From Parachlamydiales bacterium (lineage in GTDB: Bacteria; Chlamydiota; Chlamydiia; Chlamydiales; SM23-39), in the NCBI GenBank assembly GCA_050302075.1, contig JBNLAH010000002.1:32606-96605 (forward strand): a stretch of 64,000 nt of DNA. The letters run 5' to 3'. Positions 1 through 10,041 of the stretch are shown piece after piece. The notes below the pieces were generated by a model. It did not search any database and was not told the DNA's origin. It saw nothing but the letters and a program-made list of their open reading frames with translations. The position numbers and the translations under genes are program-made. How positions within the stretch are numbered: the stretch's first letter is position 1; every line of letters begins with the position of its first letter.

Positions 1-353
1 TTAAAGTATAAATACCTAAAGGTTAAGTTTTTAAATAGGTTAATTTTTTATAATGATAGATTAACTCTAACTCTTAAAAAGAATAAGATTTAATTAATGA
101 TACTTATAATCAAACGGATATAAGATAATTTGAATTTTAAGAACCTCATAAATCTACTGTTAAACTAAATTGAATCTATTAGAATCCAAAGTATTGTATT
201 TAGAATATCCTGAATCACTTCAAAATCTGAACTTTCAAATATTTGGATCTTTTCTCACTTAGGCTACAGATCTAAATTTATATTTATACAATTGAAACTT
301 TATTATATTTTTTGATATTCAAATCTAAATAAGAGCAAATAAAGGAATTAAAC

Positions 354-563
354 GTGAAAAGCGGAATTCAAACAATTAATAGAGTTGGATATTTTTATTC
401 TGTCCTCGGTATTCTAGGTGGGTCTATTTTAGGTTATTTTAGCTTAGGGTTTTTAGGGTTAGGATTAGGATTAATTGGGGGTCTATTTTTAAATCATCTT
501 ATAAAAAAGGGGATTAAGAGTATAAAGTTAAAGCATATCGAAACGGAAGAGAAGTTGAAATAA
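354..563 (+). CDS. small hypothetical membrane protein (glycine-zipper-like)
   Basis: 69-aa ORF with GTG start. Gly-rich hydrophobic core ILGGSILGYFSLGFLGLGLGLIGGLF followed by a Lys-rich tail. No family recognised. Confidence 0.3.
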   Translation: MKSGIQTINRVGYFYSVLGILGGSILGYFSLGFLGLGLGLIGGLFLNHLIKKGIKSIKLKHIETEEKLK

Positions 564-777
564 TTTTTTCAGTTAATAATCTTCACAGTTTCCCCTGGAA
601 AAGGAAGTAATATCAGATATTTATATCCAAATGAGCACTCATTTGATATATAATGCATTTTTATATCAGGGATGCATAGATCTTTATAATGAAGAGTTGA
701 TTGTTTCAGAAAGAGATTTCTGTTAATCAACCTATTTGTTACAAATTAAAATATCTAAATAACAGTATTACCCTTTT

Positions 778-2052
778 ATGAATTCCGTTGCACACCAAAA
801 ACTTACTAAAGGTCAAAAGCAAGTCATATTTGCTGTGACGTTGGGAAATATTTTAGAATGGTACGATATATATCTTTACGTTTTCTGGGCGCCAATAATA
901 TCGAAATTATTTTTTAGAGAAAATTCTGATTATGCTTTGTTTAATACAATCTTATTCTTTGCTCTAGGATTTATTTTCAGACCTGTTGGAGGGGTGTTTT
1001 TTGGTAGATTAGGGGATCGTGTTGGTAGGAAACCAGTGTTTATTCTTTCTATCTTTATGATAGCAATTCCAACATTTTTGTTAGGGTTAATTCCGACCTA
1101 TTCTCAAGTGGGCATATTAGCTCCCATTATTTTAGTTTTAATAAGAATTCTTCAAACTTTTCCTTCAGGGGGAGAGTTGCCTGCTGTTTTTATTTATCTT
1201 TATGAAAGTTCTTCAGTACATAACAGAAAATTTATGACCAGTTTTGCTGGGGTGGGAAATCAGATCGGAATTATTTTGAGCGCTATTGAATGTTTCCTTT
1301 TAAAAAAATATTTACCCTATGAGTTTCTTATTCAATATGGATGGCGAATATCATTTCTGTTTGGAGGAGTAATTGGTTTGTTCGGGTTTTATTTAAGATA
1401 CAAGCTTCATGAAACAAAGTTATTTCTCGATCTTCAAATTCATCAAAAAATGACGAAAAAAACTATTTGGAAAGTAGTTGCAGCATTTTGGAAAAAAATT
1501 ACATTGGCAATTTTTTACGGTATTTTACCTACTATTGGCTTTCATGTTATTTCTATACTTTTCCCAACTTACCTTTTTAAAAGTTTTGGAATAGACTATG
1601 TAGAAAATCTTTTGTCATTGATTACTATTTTAACTCTCATGACAATTCCTTTACCTCTTTTCGGTTATTTGGGAGATCGGATAAGTGTAAAGAAAATGCT
1701 AATAATAGCCTCAATTGGTATTTTAATATTGTTAGTTCCTTTATATTTTAAATTGAATCAAATCGATTCGACCCTAACTTTGTGGATGCTCTCTCTTTTT
1801 GCTCTTTGCATTACTTGCATTACAGCTTTATGGCCCTATATTACATCTAATATCTTTCATACGTCAGATCGATTTACTTGTGTTGGGTTAAGCTTTAATA
1901 TATCAGATGGAGTAATTGGCGGAGCTAGCACAATCATCGCATTTTTATTAATCAATATCACAGGAAATTTCAATAGTATTGTGTGGATAACTTTATTTGG
2001 AGTCATTTGCTCGTTATTTTCTTATGGAAAACTTAAAGAATATTACCATTAG
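778..2052 (+). CDS. MFS transporter, metabolite:H+ symporter (ProP/KgtP-like) type
   Basis: 424 aa with about 12 hydrophobic segments. MFS loop signature GRLGDRVGRKPVF after TM2. Confidence 0.75.
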   Translation: MNSVAHQKLTKGQKQVIFAVTLGNILEWYDIYLYVFWAPIISKLFFRENSDYALFNTILFFALGFIFRPVGGVFFGRLGDRVGRKPVFILSIFMIAIPTFLLGLIPTYSQVGILAPIILVLIRILQTFPSGGELPAVFIYLYESSSVHNRKFMTSFAGVGNQIGIILSAIECFLLKKYLPYEFLIQYGWRISFLFGGVIGLFGFYLRYKLHETKLFLDLQIHQKMTKKTIWKVVAAFWKKITLAIFYGILPTIGFHVISILFPTYLFKSFGIDYVENLLSLITILTLMTIPLPLFGYLGDRISVKKMLIIASIGILILLVPLYFKLNQIDSTLTLWMLSLFALCITCITALWPYITSNIFHTSDRFTCVGLSFNISDGVIGGASTIIAFLLINITGNFNSIVWITLFGVICSLFSYGKLKEYYH

Positions 2053-2057
2053 TTTTT

Positions 2058-3743
2058 CTATTTTGGAGGCAGTATCTCTTGTAATTTTTTTAGTGAATTA
2101 TCCAATTCATTGGTTAATTCATTGTCAAAATCAATCTTAACTTTTACTAGCTTAAAGAGCATTTCTTCAACTTTTTGTTCATTATAATGCAGCGAACAGG
2201 GGTGAATTAATAGAGCTGGAAAAGATTTTTCATAAGAACCTTTGCGCGAGTAACTTTTAATATATCCTAATAATGGAAGAGAAAAATTAGACTTGTCAAT
2301 TTGATCAATCCATAATTTGTTTAAAAATTTTAGGCATTGTAATTTATATGCTTTCTGAGCTTTTTTCGTAGATGTTTGTAAATCATCCCATGATAGAAGA
2401 TGTTTAAAATGGGGTTTTATTACAATTTCCCATCCCCCTGAATGTTCATTAATAATTTCAAAGTGAGTGCTGAACTTTTCTTTTATTATTTTTTTAAAAC
2501 TTTCACAGACATTTAACTGATATAATACAAATTTTTTCAGGCCTTCAAAGCCCATTTTTTTTAAAGTAAGCCATATAGATACGATAGGAGCGGCAGACCT
2601 TGAATTTTCCAAAGTTTTTTTATGCATCTCTTCTTGAAAAAAAGTGGTTTGGTTTTTTGCATCATCAGCTAAAGACAGTCCAGACAAATTTTCTTTATTT
2701 TTAGTTATGAAGACCCCCGCTGCATATGGGCAAAAGCCAGTTTTGTGAAAATCTGCTGCAAAAGAATCCACAAATTCTATGTCATTTAATTTATTAAGAA
2801 CTTTTTCTACCTTATCAACGACTGTAGAACTATTTTCTTTTTTCCAAAGATTTTTATCACTCATATTGAAAGTAAGCCATGACCAGGAAGTTACTGAATC
2901 AACATGAAGATAAGGGGCATAATTTAAAGTAAATTTGTTCTTAAATTTTTGTAGTGTTTTTTTTATGCTAAGGATGTCATCAGGAATTAAATTTACTGTT
3001 CCACCACCAACTGCTATTACTGCTGCAATATATTTTCCCTGCTTTGTAAGACTCTCAAGGGTCATTTTTAAAGCTTTGACATCCATTTCTCCAGTTTTTA
3101 AAGCTTTTACCCTAACACAGTTTTCCTTGCTAATTCCTAAAAAATGACAAACATGTTCAATCGAATAATGAGCCAATTCAGAACATATAACTACCATGTC
3201 TCCAAGTTCACATGTTGAATTTTTTTCAACACGTCCTATGCCGCACTTAATTGCATACATTAATGATTGCTTACCACCTGTCACAACAAATCCATCAGGT
3301 TTTTCCCAATTAACTAACCTCCCTAAACTTTTTATGATTTTTTTTTCAAAAAGGCATAGGTTCCCTGAAGGAAAGTCCCATAAAACATTAGGATTATACA
3401 AATTAAGTATTGATAACGCGGCAGCAATATCGAACAAAGGAGATGGCATTATATTGAATGCTGTGGATGGACTGTGAGGGCGGATACACCCACTAATCAT
3501 TTCGTTGAATTCGGCTATGATTTCATCCGTTGACGTCCCTTCATAAGGAATCTTGGTATTTTGCAACTCAGCATCATAGTTGAAAATTTTTTTTAATTTT
3601 CTTCTTGAAAAATTCTTCTCAGCTTCAATGGGTTTTATTTCTTTAATGAATCTTCTTAGTCGATCCAAAAGAGTTTCAAGATTATCTTCATCACTTGATA
3701 AAAATTCGTTGAAAAATTTATCGCTAAAAGGTTCTAAACTCAT
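2058..3743 (-). CDS. PLP-dependent group II amino-acid decarboxylase-like protein
   Basis: 561 aa. PLP-lysine context SFAADFHKTGFCPYAAGVF. N-terminal half resembles the group II decarboxylase fold (HSPSTAFNIMPSP, VVTGGKQSLMYAIK). Substrate cannot be assigned. Confidence 0.7.
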   Translation of the reverse strand: MSLEPFSDKFFNEFLSSDEDNLETLLDRLRRFIKEIKPIEAEKNFSRRKLKKIFNYDAELQNTKIPYEGTSTDEIIAEFNEMISGCIRPHSPSTAFNIMPSPLFDIAAALSILNLYNPNVLWDFPSGNLCLFEKKIIKSLGRLVNWEKPDGFVVTGGKQSLMYAIKCGIGRVEKNSTCELGDMVVICSELAHYSIEHVCHFLGISKENCVRVKALKTGEMDVKALKMTLESLTKQGKYIAAVIAVGGGTVNLIPDDILSIKKTLQKFKNKFTLNYAPYLHVDSVTSWSWLTFNMSDKNLWKKENSSTVVDKVEKVLNKLNDIEFVDSFAADFHKTGFCPYAAGVFITKNKENLSGLSLADDAKNQTTFFQEEMHKKTLENSRSAAPIVSIWLTLKKMGFEGLKKFVLYQLNVCESFKKIIKEKFSTHFEIINEHSGGWEIVIKPHFKHLLSWDDLQTSTKKAQKAYKLQCLKFLNKLWIDQIDKSNFSLPLLGYIKSYSRKGSYEKSFPALLIHPCSLHYNEQKVEEMLFKLVKVKIDFDNELTNELDNSLKKLQEILPPK

Positions 3744-4085
3744 TGTAATTAAATATTTATACCCATTTTTAGGTTAAGTAAATATTTTATTAAATTCAAG
3801 CTGCAAAGCCATGAAACAATATAACAACAAACATTAGCTATTATAAAACTACGGGGATTATTTTTAATAATGAATAAAACTATAAAAAGTTCATAAAAAA
3901 ACAGATAAAATCCATTTACCTTTGTAGCTTAATTCCTATGAAAAATAAAATCTAAGTCATTTCTCTCAAAAATTGCGGAAACTCAATAACTTAACTAACT
4001 TTATTTTAATTCATCTCGATTAAGGCAAGTCTAAAAGATGCTGTGGGTTGGTTTCATCTAATGATCAACTTTAGAAATATTCAAA

Positions 4086-5402
4086 TTAATTGACAATTTC
4101 TCCAACTAAAGTTTGATGACTAAAGCTATGGATTTTTATTTTTTGCAGAGTTCCAATTAAACTTTCAGGGCCTTTAAAAATAACTTTTTTCCAACAAGAA
4201 GTTCTACCTCTTAGATGTTCATTGTCGCGGTTAAACCTATCTACTAGCACCTCAACAGTTGAGCCTAGCATTTCTTGTCTTTGCTCTGAACCAATTTGAT
4301 TATAAAGCTCCATTAGCCTTTGAAGACGGTCATCTTTAACCTCTTGAGGAATATCATCCTTCCAGCGCATAGCTGGTGTGCCTTTTCTTGGGCTGTAGGT
4401 GTAGATGAATGCAACTGAGTAGCGAATATCTTTAAAAACGTTGTAGGTCTCAAGAAACTCTTCTTCAGTTTCAGTTGGAAAGCCTACAATAATATCGGTT
4501 CCAAGGGAAGCATTGGGAATAATTTCCTTAATCTTTGCTACTTTTTCTAAATATTGCTCTTTTGTATATATTCGGTGCATTTTTCTTAATATTCTTGAAG
4601 AACCGGCTTGAATAGGGAAGTGTATTAGATCACATAAGGAAGGAAGGTCTCTAATAGCATACATTAAATTTTCGGTGATATCGATCGGATGACTTGTCAT
4701 GAACCTGACTCTATATAAACCTTTAATTTGGTCTAATCTATATAATAGGTCATGAAAAAGACAGTTCCATTCAGGTTTATCTTTACCATAACTATTAACG
4801 TTTTGCCCTAACAAGGTAATTTCTTTATACCCATCGTCAATTAATTTTTTGCATTCTTCAACTATGCTGTCAGGGTGCCTGGAAACTTCCTGACCTCTTG
4901 TATAAGGAACTACACAATAAGTGCAGAATTTATCACAACCGCGTATGATAGAAACGTATGCTTTTAAGTTGTCATCACGCTTGGCTATCATATAGTCAAG
5001 ATTTTCTTCATACTTATTGTCAGTTTTCAAAATTTGTTTATCTGTATATAGGACTTCATCTAAAACAGAGTTTAAATCTGTAATGTTGTTTGTTCCGACA
5101 ACGAAGTCGAGATGGGGAAACTTTCGAAAAAGCGATTCTTTTTTTGCCATTGCCATGCATCCTGTGATCCCAATTATAGAGTTTTTTTTCTTTCCTCTAC
5201 CTAACTGACCCAGTTTTCCCATGACTTTTCTTTCAGCTAAATCCCTTATGGAGCAGGTGTTATAGATAAGTAGATCAGCATCTTCTTCAGAGTAGGTTCG
5301 AGTCAATCCACGGCTTGCAAGTTGTCCAATCATTATTTCAGAGTCGAGCTCATTCATCTGACATCCGTATGTTCTAACGTAAAAGGATTTTAGCTTTTTC
5401 AT
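4086..5402 (-). CDS. miaB: tRNA methylthiotransferase (MiaB family, radical SAM)
   Basis: N-terminal FYVRTYGCQMNELDSE, radical-SAM CDKFCTYCVVP, C-terminal TRAM-like region. 438 aa. Confidence 0.85.
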   Translation of the reverse strand: MKKLKSFYVRTYGCQMNELDSEIMIGQLASRGLTRTYSEEDADLLIYNTCSIRDLAERKVMGKLGQLGRGKKKNSIIGITGCMAMAKKESLFRKFPHLDFVVGTNNITDLNSVLDEVLYTDKQILKTDNKYEENLDYMIAKRDDNLKAYVSIIRGCDKFCTYCVVPYTRGQEVSRHPDSIVEECKKLIDDGYKEITLLGQNVNSYGKDKPEWNCLFHDLLYRLDQIKGLYRVRFMTSHPIDITENLMYAIRDLPSLCDLIHFPIQAGSSRILRKMHRIYTKEQYLEKVAKIKEIIPNASLGTDIIVGFPTETEEEFLETYNVFKDIRYSVAFIYTYSPRKGTPAMRWKDDIPQEVKDDRLQRLMELYNQIGSEQRQEMLGSTVEVLVDRFNRDNEHLRGRTSCWKKVIFKGPESLIGTLQKIKIHSFSHQTLVGEIVN

Positions 5403-5548
5403 ATTAAATCTTTTAATATTGTTAATAAGCTGCCAATTTTAGATGAATTTACGATCTTTTTCAAGAATTGATTAAATAGGAAAAAATATTGGCAAAAAAC
5501 ATAGCTTTTCGCTATCCTTTGGCTTTTGTTTAACTGGAAAATCAAGCG

Positions 5549-5992
5549 ATGAATCATAATCATAAAACTATTTTCTTAACGAAAGAGAAAGTTAGAACTA
5601 AAAATTGGTACCTGCTCGACGCAGCTGGTAAGACACTCGGTAGATTTTCAGCAGAGATCGCAAAAATCCTTAGAGGTAAGCACAAGCCAGACTTTACTCC
5701 TAACGTCGATTGTGGAGATGGTGTTGTAGTTATTAATGCTGAAAAAATCAAAGTGACTGGAAATAAAGAAACCCAAAAAGTGTATAGACATTATAGTGGG
5801 CATATTGGCGGTCTAAAAGAAATTCCATATAAAGAAATGCTAGCAAAGCATCCTGAAAGGATTATTTTTAATGCTGTTAAAGGTATGTTACCAAAAACAC
5901 CATTAGGAAAAAGTCAAATTAAAAAACTTCGTGTATATGCAGGTGCTGAGCATGACTTGCAAGCACAGAAACCTCAAGCAGTTAATATTTAG
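5549..5992 (+). CDS. rplM: 50S ribosomal protein L13
   Basis: [32 protein letters not shown] and [12 protein letters not shown] are typical L13 motifs. Followed by rpsI as in the conserved operon. Confidence 0.95.
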   Translation: MNHNHKTIFLTKEKVRTKNWYLLDAAGKTLGRFSAEIAKILRGKHKPDFTPNVDCGDGVVVINAEKIKVTGNKETQKVYRHYSGHIGGLKEIPYKEMLAKHPERIIFNAVKGMLPKTPLGKSQIKKLRVYAGAEHDLQAQKPQAVNI

Positions 5993-6000
5993 GTGAGATA

Positions 6001-6390
6001 ATGGAACAAGATTTTATTGGCACTGGACGAAGAAAGACGGCTATATCTTCAGTTCGCCTTAGAAGAGGTAGTGGTAGCTGGAAGGTTAACGGCAAAAAAA
6101 TAGAAGAATATTTTTTTTCAGAATATCATAGAAATGAGTTGATGAAGCCTTTAGAAAAAGCTGAAGCAATGAAAAATTTTGATATTCTTGTTAATGTAAA
6201 AGGTGGTGGCATGCATGCACAAGCTGAAGCTACTAGACTTGGACTTGCTAGAGCTTTAGTTCAGTCAAATGAAGATTTACATAAAAGATTTAAAGAGTTA
6301 GGATTTCTAACACGTGATTCACGAAAGAAAGAACGTAAAAAATACGGTCTTGCTGGAGCACGTAAGAGATTCCAATTCTCTAAACGTTAA
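6001..6390 (+). CDS. rpsI: 30S ribosomal protein S9
   Basis: GTGRRKTAISSVRL start and C-terminal RKKERKKYGLAGARKRFQFSKR. 129 aa. Confidence 0.95.
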   Translation: MEQDFIGTGRRKTAISSVRLRRGSGSWKVNGKKIEEYFFSEYHRNELMKPLEKAEAMKNFDILVNVKGGGMHAQAEATRLGLARALVQSNEDLHKRFKELGFLTRDSRKKERKKYGLAGARKRFQFSKR

Positions 6391-6413
6391 TTCTTCCTCC
6401 TTGTTTATCAAGA

Positions 6414-6447
6414 AAGCCCCTGGAATTTTTTCCGGGGGCTTTTTTTT
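6414..6447 (+). terminator. rho-independent terminator after rpsI (shared with convergent gene)
   Basis: GC-rich hairpin gcccctgg / ccgggggc (one G-U pair) with an 8-nt loop, followed by a T8 run. Confidence 0.6.
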
Positions 6448-7456
6448 AGAACTGTAATAAAAATAATATTTCACCGCCTAGATACTGCCAGACAAATTTA
6501 TTGAAAGGAACTCTTTCATTTTGTAGTTGATTAGTAAAGTTACTGCTAATTAACTCTTGTGATGAGGTAGAAATATGCGCACCATTTGGGTCTGCACTGG
6601 TATATTGATATTTCAGCTTTAGACCAATATTAAGATGACATTTTAGATTTAACAGTGCTTGTATGAAAAATCGGTGTGAGTAACCTCTTTTTTTTAGGCT
6701 TAAGTTTTCTTTTTGGATAATAAAATCAGTGGTATTGCTAGTTTCATTTTTATAACTGGAGGAAATATCTAATATACCCCAGTAAAACTGATACTCACTC
6801 ATAAGCTTGAACATACCACAAGGGCTAGGTCTTAAGTGAAACCCAATTCCAAAAAGTGGAGAGTAATACTTAAAATCTAAATTTTTTGTTGGGCTAAAAT
6901 TAAAATTAAGCCCATTTTCTGTGGTGTTAAAAATCGGGGGAGACTTTCTGGTTATATTTTCTCTATCGTAGCCATATCCAAAATAGGCCACTAATGTTAG
7001 AGGTGATATTTTAAGAGGAAAGCCAATGTTTACAAAAGACTCTAAAGTTTGTGAGCTTGCATGGTATCTGCTTTGAAACCTTTGTTCGACTACGAATGCC
7101 CCTGAAAAATCTGTTATTCTTCTTCTAGCTTCAATTATCGCATGCGAGCAGTTTCCAAATCCGACAGTAGATTTTCCTCTCAAAAGTATTCTACAGGGGA
7201 TCAAAAGTTCCATATTCCCACCAATTTCAAAAACATGGAAAGTATCAAAATTTTCTCTAGTAGCATTGGGGTCTGCGATTAATGGAGACTGGATCCCAAA
7301 GTCGATTTCCTCTTGGCGATAACCAAATACAGGACCAATTTGGAAATATTTGAAATCATGAGAAAAGATAAATATGGGACATATTATATAAAAAATAATT
7401 GCAAATAAGTATATCTTCATAAGCTTCAAATAGCAGCTTATGAATAAAATATGCAA
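6446..7456 (-). CDS. putative outer-membrane beta-barrel protein
   Basis: N-terminal signal-like segment (MKIYLFAIIFYIICPIFIFS, so the internal Met is a likely start). Alternating amphipathic pattern, aromatic-rich, C-terminal ...LFLLQF ending in Phe as in many OMPs. No named family recognised. Confidence 0.4.
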   Translation of the reverse strand: MHILFISCYLKLMKIYLFAIIFYIICPIFIFSHDFKYFQIGPVFGYRQEEIDFGIQSPLIADPNATRENFDTFHVFEIGGNMELLIPCRILLRGKSTVGFGNCSHAIIEARRRITDFSGAFVVEQRFQSRYHASSQTLESFVNIGFPLKISPLTLVAYFGYGYDRENITRKSPPIFNTTENGLNFNFSPTKNLDFKYYSPLFGIGFHLRPSPCGMFKLMSEYQFYWGILDISSSYKNETSNTTDFIIQKENLSLKKRGYSHRFFIQALLNLKCHLNIGLKLKYQYTSADPNGAHISTSSQELISSNFTNQLQNERVPFNKFVWQYLGGEILFLLQF

Positions 7457-7468
7457 TTATTTGTATCT

Positions 7469-8989
7469 TTAATAAGCGTAGAGTTTTTCGTATTTATTAT
7501 TTAAATATTGAATATAGGCGGTTATCGATAGAGGTTTTTTAGTTGTCATCTTTACTATTTCATCCATTGAATAATACCTGCCATGACGGTGGATATTAGT
7601 CTTGAGCCAACCCTTAACTGGGTCTAGGTTTCCTTCCTCTAGGTCTTTTTCCCAAGTTTTATTCAATGATGTATAAGTTTCAAAAAGTTGAGCTGCTATC
7701 ACATTTCCAAGTGCATAAGTAGGAAAATAGCCAAATTCTCCAAATGACCAATGAATATCTTGTAGACAACCTTCTGCATTTGTTCTAGGCGTGATGCCTA
7801 AAAGGGCTTTCATTTTATGATTCCAAGCTTCAGGAAGATCTTTAGCTTTAATCTTTTTCTCAAGCATCTCTAACTCAAGTTCAAACCTAAGGATTATGTG
7901 CAGGCAATATGTCAGCTCATCAGAGTCAACTCTGATTAAGTTAGGAGAGACTTTATTCATTGCCTTATAAAATTTTTGAAGGGGTATCGTCTTTAAGCTA
8001 TCTGGGAAATTTTTTTGGGCAAACGGATAAAAAAATTTCCAAAATGAAAAACTTTTACCAATAAACACTTCCCAAAATCGCGATTGACTTTCATGTAAAG
8101 AAAGTGAAGCAGAATCACAAATCGGGGAGCCAAAATATTCAACAGGTAGATTTCTCTCGTAGAAAGCATGTCCACATTCATGAAGAATTGACGCGATGTT
8201 AGATAAGAGATCTTTCTCTATCCTTGTAGTTATCCTGACATCTTTAGGATGGATTCCTGTTGAAAAAGGATGAGCTGATTCGTCCATTCTAGAGTGGCTT
8301 GGATCGAGCTTTAAGTGGTCTAACAGAACATTTCCCAAGACCCTTTGTTTATCTTTCGGAAAAGGGCCTGCTAAAAATGATGTGTCAGGTTCCTGCTTTT
8401 TCTGAATTTTATCTAAAATATCCTTAATGGCAGGTTTCAATTTTTGAAAAAAAGAGTGTAGTTTCTTCGTAGTCATTTTAGGCTCAAATTGATCTACCAG
8501 CGCATCATATGGATGATCTTCATATCCAAGATAGTCAGCTTTTTGGAGGTTGAAACCTATGATTTTTTCCAAAAAAGGAGAGAAAATTTCATAATCATTT
8601 TTTTTTCTTGCCTCGGCCCAAGCGTTTACCGCTAAGGATGAAGTTTTTGAAATTTTATGGATAAATGATGAGGGCATTTTTGATAGCTTAACATAGTCTT
8701 CTCGCATTAACTCAAGTGTCTTTTTTTGAATATCTGTTAGCTTTTGTGTTTTTAGCTTTCCTGTCTTTAGGCTGATTAGCTCTTCTAAGTTGTTCTTAAA
8801 ACTTGCCTGGGTCTTCATTTTATGTATTAAGGCTGTAAGTTCTGCTGTTTGATGCGAGCGGACACCGATAGCCCCAGGCGGAAGATATATTTCTTGGTCC
8901 CAATTGAGAAGGCTCAAAATACCTTTTAAAGTTACAATTTTCTCATGTTTTTTAAACAAGCTTTCGAATGACTTTTGATACTTATTCAT
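7469..8989 (-). CDS. carboxypeptidase Taq-like metallopeptidase (M32 family)
   Basis: HEXXH as HECGHAFYE, downstream HESQSRFWE and DIHWSFGEFGYFPTYALGN motifs typical of M32. 506 aa. Confidence 0.85.
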   Translation of the reverse strand: MNKYQKSFESLFKKHEKIVTLKGILSLLNWDQEIYLPPGAIGVRSHQTAELTALIHKMKTQASFKNNLEELISLKTGKLKTQKLTDIQKKTLELMREDYVKLSKMPSSFIHKISKTSSLAVNAWAEARKKNDYEIFSPFLEKIIGFNLQKADYLGYEDHPYDALVDQFEPKMTTKKLHSFFQKLKPAIKDILDKIQKKQEPDTSFLAGPFPKDKQRVLGNVLLDHLKLDPSHSRMDESAHPFSTGIHPKDVRITTRIEKDLLSNIASILHECGHAFYERNLPVEYFGSPICDSASLSLHESQSRFWEVFIGKSFSFWKFFYPFAQKNFPDSLKTIPLQKFYKAMNKVSPNLIRVDSDELTYCLHIILRFELELEMLEKKIKAKDLPEAWNHKMKALLGITPRTNAEGCLQDIHWSFGEFGYFPTYALGNVIAAQLFETYTSLNKTWEKDLEEGNLDPVKGWLKTNIHRHGRYYSMDEIVKMTTKKPLSITAYIQYLNNKYEKLYAY

Positions 8990-10038
8990 GTTTGTTTCCT
9001 AAAAAAACCATAAAATCCTATTAGTAATGAAAAAAAGCAGGGAACCCATAAAACAGTAAAGGTAGAAAATACCTGATTAATACTCAATATTGATAAAGCA
9101 CTAAGCATTGCATAAAAGCAAATAAAAGCAAAGATAGAGAAAGAAAGTACATAAAGTGGAGAAAAGTCTCTTGAAAAATGAATGCAAAATGGAAAAATGC
9201 AAATGACTATTAAAAAAAAAGTCAGTGAATAGATTATTTTAAGTGATGCTAAAGAGCTTTTCTCTGAGATTGTTTCTAGAGATTCGTTTTTGTTACTTAC
9301 CAAAAGCTTTGTCAGGGGATACCTATCAGGTGTAATAAAAAGATCTAAAAGTTCTTGTTCCGTAATAGATAAGTCTTCTAAAACCTTCTTTTTATAAGAG
9401 TACTTCTTAACTAGTCGATCATTTTGTTCTCTAGTCAAACTATCTAAAAAATAAGCGGTCGGAGGAGATGTCAATTCAATCTTTTCGATGTGCAAAATAT
9501 TGTTAAAATTTCTTATCCAAAAAATGTCTTCTAAAACTTTTGATTGCGAGTCATATTTAGAAAAAACTAAATGTGATTGGTCATTTAAAAAAATTGAATG
9601 AACGTTTTTCTTGGCATTTTTAGATTTTTTTGCAAAAAACTGCTTTTGAAAATCGTTCATAAAATAAGCTGTTTTTGGAATTACAAACTCTGCATTAAGA
9701 AGACAAATGAGAGATAATAAGGATGCTATTACGAACAAGGGCTTGATTAAAGATTTTTTAGAAAGTCCAGAAGAAAACAGAGCTAAAAGCTCTTTATTGA
9801 TGTTCATTTCTGTAAGTGTTCTTACAATAGATATTAAAAAAGAAACCGGCAAAAATATATCCAAATAATCAGATACTTGAGATAAATAGTACTTGATAAG
9901 GGTTACTATACTTGCACTGGAAAAGCGCGTACTATGTATAGAAAAGTCAACTATGACATATAAAAATATTAAAGAGAAAAATATAAAAAGTAGTTTTTTT
10001 AGGACTTTTTTGAAAAGTTCCTTTGCCCATATTGCCAT
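8986..10038 (-). CDS. lptG: LptG-like permease (YjgP/YjgQ family)
   Basis: 350 aa. Three N-terminal TMs, a large periplasmic insert, then three C-terminal TMs. Second of two tandem YjgP/YjgQ-type genes. 4-nt overlap with the downstream gene. Confidence 0.6.
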   Translation of the reverse strand: MAIWAKELFKKVLKKLLFIFFSLIFLYVIVDFSIHSTRFSSASIVTLIKYYLSQVSDYLDIFLPVSFLISIVRTLTEMNINKELLALFSSGLSKKSLIKPLFVIASLLSLICLLNAEFVIPKTAYFMNDFQKQFFAKKSKNAKKNVHSIFLNDQSHLVFSKYDSQSKVLEDIFWIRNFNNILHIEKIELTSPPTAYFLDSLTREQNDRLVKKYSYKKKVLEDLSITEQELLDLFITPDRYPLTKLLVSNKNESLETISEKSSLASLKIIYSLTFFLIVICIFPFCIHFSRDFSPLYVLSFSIFAFICFYAMLSALSILSINQVFSTFTVLWVPCFFSLLIGFYGFFRKQT

Positions 10039-10041
10039 AAC

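Noticed and set aside
2935-3777. Three plus-strand ORFs (2935..3147, 3196..3477, 3580..3777) inside the decarboxylase gene
   Set aside because: They lie entirely antisense to a well-supported 561-aa CDS. They have low-complexity, motif-free translations and no RBS context.
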